Source of the DNA: Schizochytrium sp. TIO01
Taxonomy: Eukaryota; Protista; Bigyra: Labyrinthulomycetes
NCBI GenBank assembly: GCA_004764695.1
Contig: SMSO01000025.1
Location: 5,186,862 to 5,250,861 of the forward strand
Reading direction: 5' to 3'
DNA: 64,000 nt
The notes beneath the pieces were generated by a model. That model did no database searches, was not told the DNA's origin, and saw nothing but the letters and a program-made list of their open reading frames with translations. Position numbers and translations under genes: made by a program. Of the stretch, positions 35,831 through 46,372 are shown piece after piece (the stretch's first letter is position 1; each line of letters opens with the position of its first letter).

Positions 35831-37132
35831 ATGGAGTCTGAAACAAGGGAAAATGGAGGTCCGAATGTAGTGCTTGATGAGCACGGAGCGCCAATGCCGC
35901 CTTCAGGTGACCTCGGCGATGCAGGCCTTTTGGGAGGTGGAAATGTGTCTCCCGGAGGTTTAGGGGGGTCAGGAATGGGTCAAATGGGTGGTAGCAATGA
36001 CCCAAACACGCCGAACAAGCGTCGTCTTGAAGATCTTGGCCTGAATGACGAAAATGCAGCGAAGCGCAGGTCCATGGGTGACACAATCAACTCACTTCTG
36101 GGTAATCTGACTATCTTCAATTCGTGCGTAGATCGCATGCACATGCTTTATACGCACTTGCATGGTCTTGCTGATGGTGTGTGTTTGATGGATCCTTATC
36201 TTCCGATGCCCATGCCACCTGATCAGGGTGCCCCCAATGATTTTGAAGCAAGCATGGCACGACGCGTGCAGTTCTTTTTGAATGCCAGCGAGTGTGCTCC
36301 TGCAGGACTTTATGTGATTCAGGATGCGAAACACATTATGGAGAATGGCAACATTGCGGTCAAGTTTAGGATCAGGCGTATTGCCCCGCATAATCCTGAA
36401 TTGCACCACAAGCTCTATGTGATTGATCGAGCACTATTGTGTGCGACCTGCAATGCTGCATTGCACTTTGTTAACGGTGGGTCTTTCTTGGACCGTGAGC
36501 TTTCGCATCTAGCGCTCAGCAAACCTGAAGGTAAACGAAGGCGCTTTGACTCTTGCTCGGTTGAGACTACACTTTGGTGGCGCCAACTCGTCAGCAAGGC
36601 TCAGGCTCTGCCGCGCGGAAAGACAAAGCTGGAGGATCGTGAGGAGTATGCTACCGCACAGACTTTGCTTAAATCTCAGCTAGAAGCGGATGCCTCTCTC
36701 TCCAAGCATATGCAGGGCCCTCTGAAGAAGTTGCGCGAGGCTGCTGGTGTGAAGCGCCCGCTCACTCGTAGTCTTCTTCGCGAGGAGCAAGATCGTGTCA
36801 TCGTGGCGCTTGACTCCTGGCTTGATCCTCTAGACCCGGAAACGTTTGATTTGGATGACACTTTTATGGACAAGCTTTACAGCACTTTTAAGGAGCTTGG
36901 ACCATCGTGGCTTGACGTCATCAAATCCTCAATGGCACTCAACAACGATAGTCGCAATACAGTTAACACCCGAAAAGCCAAAATGCAAAAGGCCCTTGTT
37001 CGTCTTATCACAGTTTTTCAGCAACGCTCTGAGCGCGAGCTTATCCCGTTTACTCGTCTCATGCAAGAATATGCACGCAAAAAACACAAGAAGGAAGGTG
37101 CTACTCTTGATCCTTTTCGCGGTCGTGCATGA
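35831..37132 (+). CDS. Hypothetical 433 aa protein, probably nuclear (basic NLS-like clusters, CxxC motif)
   Basis: Long ATG-initiated ORF with coding-like composition; motifs KRRL, KRRS, KRRRF, RKKHKK and LLCATCNAALHF. Confidence 0.8.
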   Translation: MESETRENGGPNVVLDEHGAPMPPSGDLGDAGLLGGGNVSPGGLGGSGMGQMGGSNDPNTPNKRRLEDLGLNDENAAKRRSMGDTINSLLGNLTIFNSCVDRMHMLYTHLHGLADGVCLMDPYLPMPMPPDQGAPNDFEASMARRVQFFLNASECAPAGLYVIQDAKHIMENGNIAVKFRIRRIAPHNPELHHKLYVIDRALLCATCNAALHFVNGGSFLDRELSHLALSKPEGKRRRFDSCSVETTLWWRQLVSKAQALPRGKTKLEDREEYATAQTLLKSQLEADASLSKHMQGPLKKLREAAGVKRPLTRSLLREEQDRVIVALDSWLDPLDPETFDLDDTFMDKLYSTFKELGPSWLDVIKSSMALNNDSRNTVNTRKAKMQKALVRLITVFQQRSERELIPFTRLMQEYARKKHKKEGATLDPFRGRA

Positions 37133-39244
37133 TGCCACGATCTAACTAAGAAGCCCACTCACTCACGATCCAGGCAGCCTGCAAAGGATCCCAATCGGGG
37201 TTATTTCCTTACCTGCTACAGTTGTCATTTTTGTTGTTGTTGCCTGTCATTACTACTGCTACCATCACTCTCAGATTTCTTTGACTACACCGTGATTGTT
37301 TCCCTTGGTGCCAAATTTGCTGTGTTGTTACTATATTTTCATGCCCATATCGTTGCAAACAGCGCCCTTATAGTACATAAAAACAAGGAAAACTACAATG
37401 GGCACAGGGGGTAAGAGGGAACAACATCAGCGATTGAGTTGGCACGTTGTGTGCAACATTCAACTATCGTTTGTTCGCTGATTTCCATCGTTTTAGCAAC
37501 AGTTGTTGAAGACTGCCTGATGAAACATCTCCCCGTCCCATATACGAAAGTTAAGATTAAATTTTTAAAACCATAAATATAAAGGAAAAACTAATTGAGA
37601 CAAGAAAAATAGATCAAATCTTCTCCACAGAGCGACTTGAAGTTCACTCTTGCCAAACACTGTACCTTGGTAGGTACATTTGATATGAAACTTGATCTGT
37701 CGATAAATCTTCAATGCCGATGCTGCTCTTTTTTTCTTTTTTCTTTTTTTAAAGATGATACCATCTTATCATTTTGGTTGGAGTTTGCTCAGCGAGGCTA
37801 AGGGAGTTCTCCGTCCGGTGATTTTCTCTAAGCTTTGCTAAAGCGAAGGCAGACACTGTGAAAGGAAATTAAGTGGTTCCCCTTCTTATCTTCCTAATGG
37901 TCTCACGGGGTTAGACAGTATCTTTTCATGGCTCAGAGAGTTCTCATCATAGGAAACCGCTGCGATCTTTAAAACGTTTCAAGATCCTCTGTACCGCAAT
38001 CTACCTACTGATTCGCTGGAGCGAAGTATCCCCGTGTAGGTAGTCCTATCGACTGTATTTACTGAATAACCACCCTCTGAGTCGATTTCGCTCAATTTTT
38101 AATTGAAAGGAATATAAGAATTGAAAAAATAAATTAAAAAGTCATGCAAACGATTAGTTTTCTCAAGGAAAGCTAATGCTATTCAACCAAGCATTTCAGA
38201 CATGCTCGCCTGTAAAACGCATGTAGCGAGTTGAGCTGTAAGGTATCAGAATTCAAAGTGCGAGTCAAGTTTTCGAGCCTTTTCAAACAATTGTGGGCAA
38301 GCGGATATTCCTCCTAATCAATTGAATACTCTCAGAATGACATGTTCGTAGGCCGTTGAACCTCTAGAGTATCACGAGGAGAGTGAATTTCGAAACCCAT
38401 TCTTTTTATTAGAACGCACACCTTTTGCATGCAATCAACTGGAAGCTAACGTCAACAAATACGATTACCCAAACCATACTTGAGCATTCAACTCTGCGCA
38501 AAACTGATGCAATCCATGTCAACAGAATCTTGAATAATATGCAGCCACTCGTAGAACTTTTAGGGCTCACCTGACCAATCGCACACGATTCGCTTTCCGG
38601 CAGCGAGTGGCAATGCTCTCCCGGGCACAAGTGAGTGAGTGACAAAGTCCCGTGCATTCCAAGCAAGTTTCTTCCTCCTGTAAGGTCCTATCTTGTCACG
38701 CGAGGCCGTGCAGCACGCTCGTGAGTAAAAATCATCAAAGTCAGCCACCCCCGCGCAGCCTAACCTCGAAGACCTCAGCCCCAGATTTGCACGCCACAGG
38801 ATCGAATCATTCGTGACCACCTTGGATCTGCCAGAGGGAGTTGGGTTCTGCAGATCGTGCCGTTCTTTTGCCTCAGCCCAGATACATAGACAAACAAGCA
38901 GGCGCGAGGTGGAACGCCCCCGGGTAAAGAACGACCGGCACAAAATACGAGAGAGGGAACGCAGGGAACGTTCTACCACAAAAAAGGTCGCAAACGAAAG
39001 AAGGATTGACGGAGTCCATTTGGGGTTGACCAGTATCGTATCATGGTCTGGGCCCTGCGAGCAGGCCCTCTGGCTCCAGAAGAGGGCGTTCCGAGGTCGC
39101 CCGGTCCCTCGCGGGGAGGAAGCAGCTGCGCGGAAACGAAGCGGAGCTGGCTCAGCCAGAGGTCTGCGTGCCTGTCTGCCTCTTTTCAGCAGCGCTGTTG
39201 ATTGATCGATCTCCTTTTCAGGTTCATAATCCGTGTTACTCTCA

Positions 39245-39263
39245 TTTCTTTCTTTCTTTCTTT

Positions 39264-39338
<75 letters not shown>

Positions 39339-39379
39339 GTTTGTTTGTTCTGTTTGTTTGTTCTGTTTGTTCTTTGTTT
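39245..39379. repeat. (CTTT)n followed by imperfect (GTTT)n microsatellite
   Basis: Seen directly. Confidence 0.96.
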
Positions 39380-39945
39380 CGTTGTCTATCTTTTTTTTAA
39401 ATAATTTAAAAGAAGAAAAAGATTGATGTGGAGATGTACGCATTATACGTGTATATGATATATTTATTTTACTTTTATTTTTGCTTTTTTAATTTTTTAT
39501 TTTTTTTTTATTTTAAAAATTAATTACGGCCATTGTTATAGTTTTGTTTAGCAACCTTAGTGTTCTTAAAATCATAGAAGGTCATCAGGCCCAAAGGGAT
39601 GGAGTTTAAAACTGCTTTCGTCGATTGAAACGGCGAGTGCTGCAGTATACCGTAGTGCAGTGCTAGTGATTGGTGGACTCAAAGAGAGGCTGGAGTGCTT
39701 TTAAAGGAAGGAAGGAATCAATGCATCGATCGATCCTTCAATGAACGTGAACGGAGAAGAACGTTGATGATGATGTGAATGAAACGCAGGAAACTCGCAA
39801 CAGCGCAAGGCGAAACGGAGCCCAGAGGGTGCCTGCCAGACATACAGACACCCAGAGCCTGGCTGCCGGGATGCCTGCGCCTCCTCTGCAGCTGCGTCTC
39901 GGCGTCTCTGCGTTCAGGCAGGCACACGGCGGCGATCGATGAGCG

Positions 39946-39995
39946 CATGCAGTGCAACGCGATGCAGTGCAATGCAATGCAATGCAATGCAATGC
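39946..39995. repeat. (TGCAA/TGCAG)n pentanucleotide repeat
   Basis: Seen directly. Confidence 0.9.
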
Positions 39996-40778
39996 GCTTT
40001 CTTTCTTGTCTTTCTGCTGAGAGGGAACTACGAATAACGATGAAGGAAGTTGACAGAGAGTCGAAAGCACCCGAAGAGGAGCCTGAAATCAAAGCGCGTG
40101 TGGCGCAGAGACAGAAGCGACAGAAAGCCACTCGCGTATGCAAACTACTCTGCGGCACAGGTGCCTTGTGCTTTACTTACTTACTTACTTACTTACTGCA
40201 CTCACTGATTGAGGATTTGTTTTTTGACGGTTTATTGGCGATTTATTGACGATTTATTGTGGACGAAGGAATACAATTTCATTGCAAAATGCATGCATGC
40301 ATTCATGCATTCATGCAATGCATTGCATGGCATGGCACCGTGGCGAGCACGCAACTCGCCTTGAAGGGTCACGGGGTCACCGAGGAGCTGGCCAGTTTGG
40401 GGTTCATTGCAGAGGATGGCTTTGTTTGTTTGTTTGTTTGTCTGGCCGAGGAGAACGTCGATCTCGAGAACCGTGGAGCGTTCTCTTTCTTTCTGTGCAA
40501 ATGCAATGAAAGAAAATATGTAATATAATATATGTACATAGACAGAGAGACAGACAGACCAACACAATTGCGCGGCGACCTGTGAGGACGAAGAAGCGGC
40601 AGGCAGCAGAGCGTGGACGCTACGGAGAGAGAGCTGGTCGAAGGCCTCCGCTGCTGACTGCCACGCGAGAGCTGTCGTGGCACAATCGCGAGTGCTCTTT
40701 TCTTGATTGATTCATTGATTCATTGATTCATTGATGAGCTTTCTTGCTTTCTTCTTCCTGCGTTCTTTTGTGTTTCTG

Positions 40779-40810
<32 letters not shown>

Positions 40811-41965
40811 TTTCTTTCTTTCTTTCTTCTCTTCTCTTCTTTTATTTTAAAGAGGCACATTTAGTATTTCTTCTCTGTATACTAACTATGCTGAGCTATC
40901 GATTTCTTTCTTCGAATTCTCTTTTCTTTCTCAGCGCGGCGGTAGAACTGCCTACGACTTTGGTATACGCAGAACTTTTAGAGAGAAAAGGCATGAAAGA
41001 GGACAGTAGATAGTGAAACAAATAGAGACAGCGAAGAAGAGGTAGTCAATTTCTAAGTTTCGGTTTTCTGTAGTATAGCGTAGGAGTAAACTAGTTAAGC
41101 TCAGGTGTTAAAGAAGAAGTTTGATTGATATGATAGTTATTTGTTTGATTTGTCGAATAATAATTTTAGAATTTAAATCGATTGATCGATTGAGCAATTG
41201 GGCAATCGACTTCGAAGCCAGAGGCGCCGCTGCCGCTCCGTTGGCGCTGGCTGGGGAGCGAGACTCTGCCGGCGATACCCAAGACGGGCTCGCTGTGGAT
41301 AAAACTCTCGATACGCTACTTCTCGAGACCAGATTTCGTTCGATTCGAGTCGCTCCGTCAGTGGAAGACTTTGACGCGCGGCACAAAGGCACAAAGCAGA
41401 GCTTGCCACACAGGCGTGAAGACACAGATCACAGCCTGGGCTGACGCAGGAAAGGCAAGTCGGCCTGCTTGATCGTTGACCCTGCCGGGGATCACTTGTG
41501 GTGCGCAGGAGGTCCGCTCGGAAACCATTTTCGAAGATAAGTGGTAAGGCCTCCTTAGCTTTTTTCTTATTCACTTGCTTTCTCTACTTTGTGACAAAGC
41601 GCGCGCAAAAACGCAAAGACTTTCATTTATTATTGCGTGCATTTGATCGTCGTCCTGCCTGCATCTGCTTGAGCCCGTGCAGTTTGAAGACGATTTCTGA
41701 GGTTTATTGCCAAGAGAGAGTTTCCTTTATTTGACTTTAAAACCCGTTTGGCTTTTTGTGTGCGCCTTTTTTGTGGAAGGATAAAGGCTTGAGTGGAATT
41801 TGTCACTTCGGAGGGCAGAATTGTGGCCCACGAAACTCGCTTTGAAGTCGCGCGTAGATCTCCATTTGTGCAGGGAGTCTGAGCCCAGAGTCGCCGCAAG
41901 AGGGGTTTGCGAAGAGTGCGGCAAAGCTATCAAAAGCGGAAACGACCGGCCTTATTTGCAGCGGA

Positions 41966-43423
41966 ATGGAATTTCGCTTGGTACGCGCTGGAGCGCTTCG
42001 TCACGTACAGCAGCAGCAAAAACAACAAGTTCACCAGCATTATGCGCAGCAATGGATTCGCTCTGCGCACACAAGGCTACCTGGGGCGGCGGTGATGGCT
42101 TCTAAGAGGATTACCCCTGCAGTATCTTCGACTCCCTTGGTATCGCAGCCTATCCGTGAAGAAGAGATGTTGCTAAAGCAAGAGCTGCAGGGTCTATCTT
42201 ACGATATTTCCCAGCAACGCAGGCTTCATAGCAACACTGCCGCAGTATACAATAAAATCTTTAGGCTACGCTACAATAATGTAGTCCATGCTGAGGATGC
42301 TGATAACGAGGACCCGTGGGTATCACGGATACATCGGCGCTTTTCGTCTTCATCTCCCCTACCATTGAATGAGTCTGCAGCGAACGCAACGAATTCGTCC
42401 AATAGTCCACGGCCTGAAGGTCGTGAATCAGAAGGCTCGGGCGCAAGGTTTACCTCTCGAGGTGCTCGTGGTTCTGGACTCCCGGCGGCACTACGACGCC
42501 GAGAGCGAAGCTCACACGACCTAAAGCAACGTCTTCTTGGTGATCGGTACGAAGTCAAGAACCTAATCGGACGAGGAGGGTTTGGTCTCGTGCGACTTGG
42601 CAAGGATCGTAAAAACAGAAACCGATGCGTAGCGCTCAAATGTATTAATAAAACTGCAGACCACAAAGTCCTCCAAACAGAACTTGCTGTTCTGCGGCGG
42701 CTTATGGATATTGAGAAAACCGACGAGCTCGCGCGTAAATTATTTACTGTTCCTGTGGAACTTATTGAACTAGAGGACCAATATGTGGTGGTATTTGAGT
42801 ACTTGGGTGGAGGCGACCTCTTCGACCGTATTGTTCATTTGGGCCATGTTTCTGAGCAAGACCTTAAGCCAGTCATGTTTCAGATTGCAGAAAGCTTGGC
42901 GCATCTGCACCAGAACGGCATCATCCATCGTGATGTGAAACCTGAAAATATTCTTTTCCGTGTTACCTGCCGCCCTGACACTGAGATCGATCAAATTTCC
43001 CTTGGTATTGATCAAATGCTGCCGTGGGATGTCATTGAACCGGTGCTTTGTGACTTTGGTCTAAGTTATATGAAGGGCAAGGAGGATCTCATTGACCCGC
43101 CTGCTGGCACATTTGGCTATGCTTCGCCGCAGGTTCTCAAGATGGAAGAAAATATTGATGCTTCGTGTGATATGTGGTCTTATGGTGTTATGATGTTTGC
43201 GGCGCTCGGTGGCGAGCTTCCGTTTCCTGCTAGTACAGATGGCAGCACTCTCATGGAAGAGCACCTTCGAGAGGCCTACCGCGGTCCGCGTTTCCTTAGC
43301 AACCGCTGGCACACAATTTCTAATGACGCCAAGAGCCTCATCAGCGACCTCTTGCATTACTCGCCGTTCAACAGGCCTACTGCCCACGACGTGCTCAAAC
43401 ACGCTTGGTTTCAAGACATGTAA
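41966..43423 (+). CDS. CAMK-like Ser/Thr protein kinase with a long N-terminal extension
   Basis: IGRGGFG, VALK, GGDLFDRI, HRDVKPEN, DFG, GTFGYASPQ, DMWSYG and AKSLI...LKHAW. The exact start codon is uncertain. Confidence 0.95.
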   Translation: MEFRLVRAGALRHVQQQQKQQVHQHYAQQWIRSAHTRLPGAAVMASKRITPAVSSTPLVSQPIREEEMLLKQELQGLSYDISQQRRLHSNTAAVYNKIFRLRYNNVVHAEDADNEDPWVSRIHRRFSSSSPLPLNESAANATNSSNSPRPEGRESEGSGARFTSRGARGSGLPAALRRRERSSHDLKQRLLGDRYEVKNLIGRGGFGLVRLGKDRKNRNRCVALKCINKTADHKVLQTELAVLRRLMDIEKTDELARKLFTVPVELIELEDQYVVVFEYLGGGDLFDRIVHLGHVSEQDLKPVMFQIAESLAHLHQNGIIHRDVKPENILFRVTCRPDTEIDQISLGIDQMLPWDVIEPVLCDFGLSYMKGKEDLIDPPAGTFGYASPQVLKMEENIDASCDMWSYGVMMFAALGGELPFPASTDGSTLMEEHLREAYRGPRFLSNRWHTISNDAKSLISDLLHYSPFNRPTAHDVLKHAWFQDM

Positions 43424-44400
43424 CCGATGCCCAAGAGGCTCCGGACCGTCTCGTAGAGAGGCATATTCATGGTCCACAACGGTGCCAGCCGCAAAAACAG
43501 CGGCGTAAACCCCTTGTACAGTTCCATCACGCCATGTTGAGTAACAATTTGACGTACACAGTCTCCAATTCCCTTGTAATGAATTCCCAGTGCCGGCGCA
43601 GATTGATACTTGGTCATAACAAAGTCGCATGGCGCCGAAAACACTGATGCCAAAAATGCCGACACAATCGAAGCAGCTACGTGCACAACGGGACCTTCCT
43701 TGATACCCATTTTCTTTGCTTCGGTCTTGGTGTAGTCGTAGCCCAGTTGGGCACCTGCTGAAAGCAATGCACCTCGCACCATCAAGGTTGATGAGCCACG
43801 CATCAGTGATGAAACTCCCTCTTCGCGAGACATCTTGGCCAAAGCTTGCGTTAAAGAGGTGTAAGGGCGGGGGTTCATGTGGGTGGTCACCTGCAGGCGT
43901 ACCTTGGACTGAAAAAGAGGGTTAGCAATGGTAAATCCTACAGCACCAGCTGAGAAACCTGCTAACCACATGTGAAAGGCGTTCTTGTCGTTGTCACCTG
44001 CAAAAAAGTCGCGTAGCGTAGGGTAAAAACCCAGGCGCATACCAGAGCTCACAGCTACTGCGCTGGAGTGCGCAATACACCCTGGAATCCAAAAACCGCG
44101 CACAAACCCCTCGTTTTGGACAATTCTGCGGGCCCATGTGCGCATACCAAGCAGGCGATCTTCAGGCGAAGCCACCTGCCATCTTATCCTCATCGTGTCG
44201 AGAGAATTGAAGACTGCCACACTGAAAGCCGTGCAACTCGAACCTGCCATGATGTTGAGCTTAAGCTCTGCCAGATTGCGTTTAGTTCGTTCATCAGCTG
44301 CAGACAACGCTGCCTGTGGTGTCACATTGGTAGGAATAGCTGCGGCAGCTTCTGCAGCGCCGCCTGCGACAAGGTTTCCTTCTTTTCCTTCTTGCGACAT
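43411..44400 (-). CDS. Mitochondrial carrier (SLC25), OAC1/SLC25A34-35-like anion carrier
   Basis: Three carrier repeats (SLDTMRIRWQ, PLFQSKVRLQ, PCDFVMTKYQ), plus MRLGFY, EGVSSLMRG and LYKGFTPLFLRLAP. Confidence 0.92.
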   Translation of the reverse strand: MSQEGKEGNLVAGGAAEAAAAIPTNVTPQAALSAADERTKRNLAELKLNIMAGSSCTAFSVAVFNSLDTMRIRWQVASPEDRLLGMRTWARRIVQNEGFVRGFWIPGCIAHSSAVAVSSGMRLGFYPTLRDFFAGDNDKNAFHMWLAGFSAGAVGFTIANPLFQSKVRLQVTTHMNPRPYTSLTQALAKMSREEGVSSLMRGSSTLMVRGALLSAGAQLGYDYTKTEAKKMGIKEGPVVHVAASIVSAFLASVFSAPCDFVMTKYQSAPALGIHYKGIGDCVRQIVTQHGVMELYKGFTPLFLRLAPLWTMNMPLYETVRSLLGIGYMS

Positions 44401-44824
44401 ATTTCTTGTTAGAATCTCTACACTACTTGTACTTGCTCAACGCCAAGTTGTCAGGCTTATGACTACGTAGGAATACCTTCTTGCAAGCTTTGACTTCAAG
44501 CCTTGCTCTCAGGTTTGCTCCACAAACTTCGCAGCACACCTCTGTTTACAATGATCAATCGCAAGGTGAAGAGTGACGCTGACGAAGTAATAGGGCGCTG
44601 CAGGTCAAATACCACAGCCAACCAACTTTTAAAAACGGAGTCCGGCAAACTTTGCGTGAGCTTGAGGACCGGATCGAGGTCAGACACGGCGCGACTTGAG
44701 CCTGTCTTGCAGTTCTGCCCGTCCAAAGCGACCAGAGACCGACCTGGGTGTGCTGCTTTTATTTATTTTAATTACCAGGGGAATCGCTTAATAACTCGGG
44801 AAACTATATTTAACCTCTTTTCCC

Positions 44825-44863
44825 TCTTCTTCTTCTTCTTCTTCTTCTTCTTCTTCTTCTTCT
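44825..44863. repeat. (CTT)n microsatellite
   Basis: Seen directly. Confidence 0.95.
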
Positions 44864-46372
44864 TGAAACGTTCTTCCGCTTCTATTTAGAGTCTCTGTGA
44901 GCTGCGTTTCATTGAATAAAAGAACTTGCCATTGCTTTAATTGATTGATTGAGGGCCTCCGAGTTTCCTGTTGATCGGGCTGAAGTCCATCAGATGGGCA
45001 GAGTACTGCGCAAGGTCATGTTTTTTTTGCTCTACAAATGAATTACTTTCAAGTTTACTTCTTTCTTTCTTCTCATCATCGCTCTTTCTTTCTTTCATCT
45101 TAACATCCATCATTAACTTGCTGTAGATTCTCTTGCACAATATCTACGCGTGGATTTGCGGGCACCTTAGAGGCCTCGAACAGTGACGTACATCAGTAAG
45201 AGTTATTGGCAAAGACTGTACCGGTTTGCGAATGGTTTTCGGGCGAAAGGGGCGGATTTGGGCAAAGCGATTTGTTCATTGTTTAATGCCGAATTCGTTC
45301 TGGTTTTACTTGGTTGAAGACGAATTATACATACATAGTCGAAGACGCTTCACCGGCAGCGTGAACATCGAGGGAGTGGGCCGAACGTTGAGGTGCTTCG
45401 AAGCTTGAAAACATAGCTGCGATTTGCGAGTATATAGTAATGAGCGAGTGTGCGTCATTGATTGCAGAGCCTCAACGAGCATTCTGTAAAAATTAAAAAA
45501 GAATCCGCTTTTTAGAGAGGATGCGCGTTTTCAGAAAACAGTCAAAGTCGAAGAAGAAATTGAAAGCGCCAGTTCGAAAATTGCTCAGGCACGGCGCTTC
45601 ATTGTAGGCTGGGCAAGATCTTCTAGTTGTTCTCTGCAAAAATCTCTTCAATTGCAAAAGAGCCTATGTCCTGTATACCAGAAATTGCGTGAACAGTGCT
45701 CAATCATATCAAGGGTAGGCTAACCTATAGAACGATTCTGAGCAGGGAACTTAGACTTGGGATGACAAAGGCATTGCAATCTGCACCTACAATTGCTACT
45801 TGGGGTAGTCGTAGCATAGTATAAAACCTCATCAACATATAATCAAACTCTGTGAGAAGCAGCAATAGAGGAAACCGAGCATTGAGTATTAACAGCTTCA
45901 AAGTTTGTACATACTCAGGTGGCCAATATTTTCCATTCTTCCCTTTGACACAGGAAACATGTATTTAATCTAAAGAAAATCGTTATATATGTTCTATTTT
46001 AATCAAATTATGCACGGTACAGAAAGAAATCCAACTAACATGTTTTTTATCTATGTAAGGAATACAAGTATGGACAAACAGGGAAGGTATATTGAACTCC
46101 AAGGTTTATAACCTATCTCCTTGAAGGCACCTCCCTTCGATGACAGCACCTACCTAGGTACCTAGCCGCATAATATGGATATAAATAAGTACACACCCTT
46201 GAACATATCAAAGGTGTCCGGTGATTCGTTCACGTTTTAGAGATACAGTGGTATAATAACCGCATATTTATCAATTCGTCAAAGGGTCACTTCAAAGCAA
46301 AGGCGGGATGGATATGTTGCGAGACATGTGACCCGCACGTTTTGCTTGACAACTCCAGAGTAGTTGACTACG

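Noticed and set aside
40040-40160. MKEVD...RQKRQKATRVCKLLC as a possible zinc-cluster exon
   Set aside because: Cys spacing is wrong and no downstream exon completes the motif.
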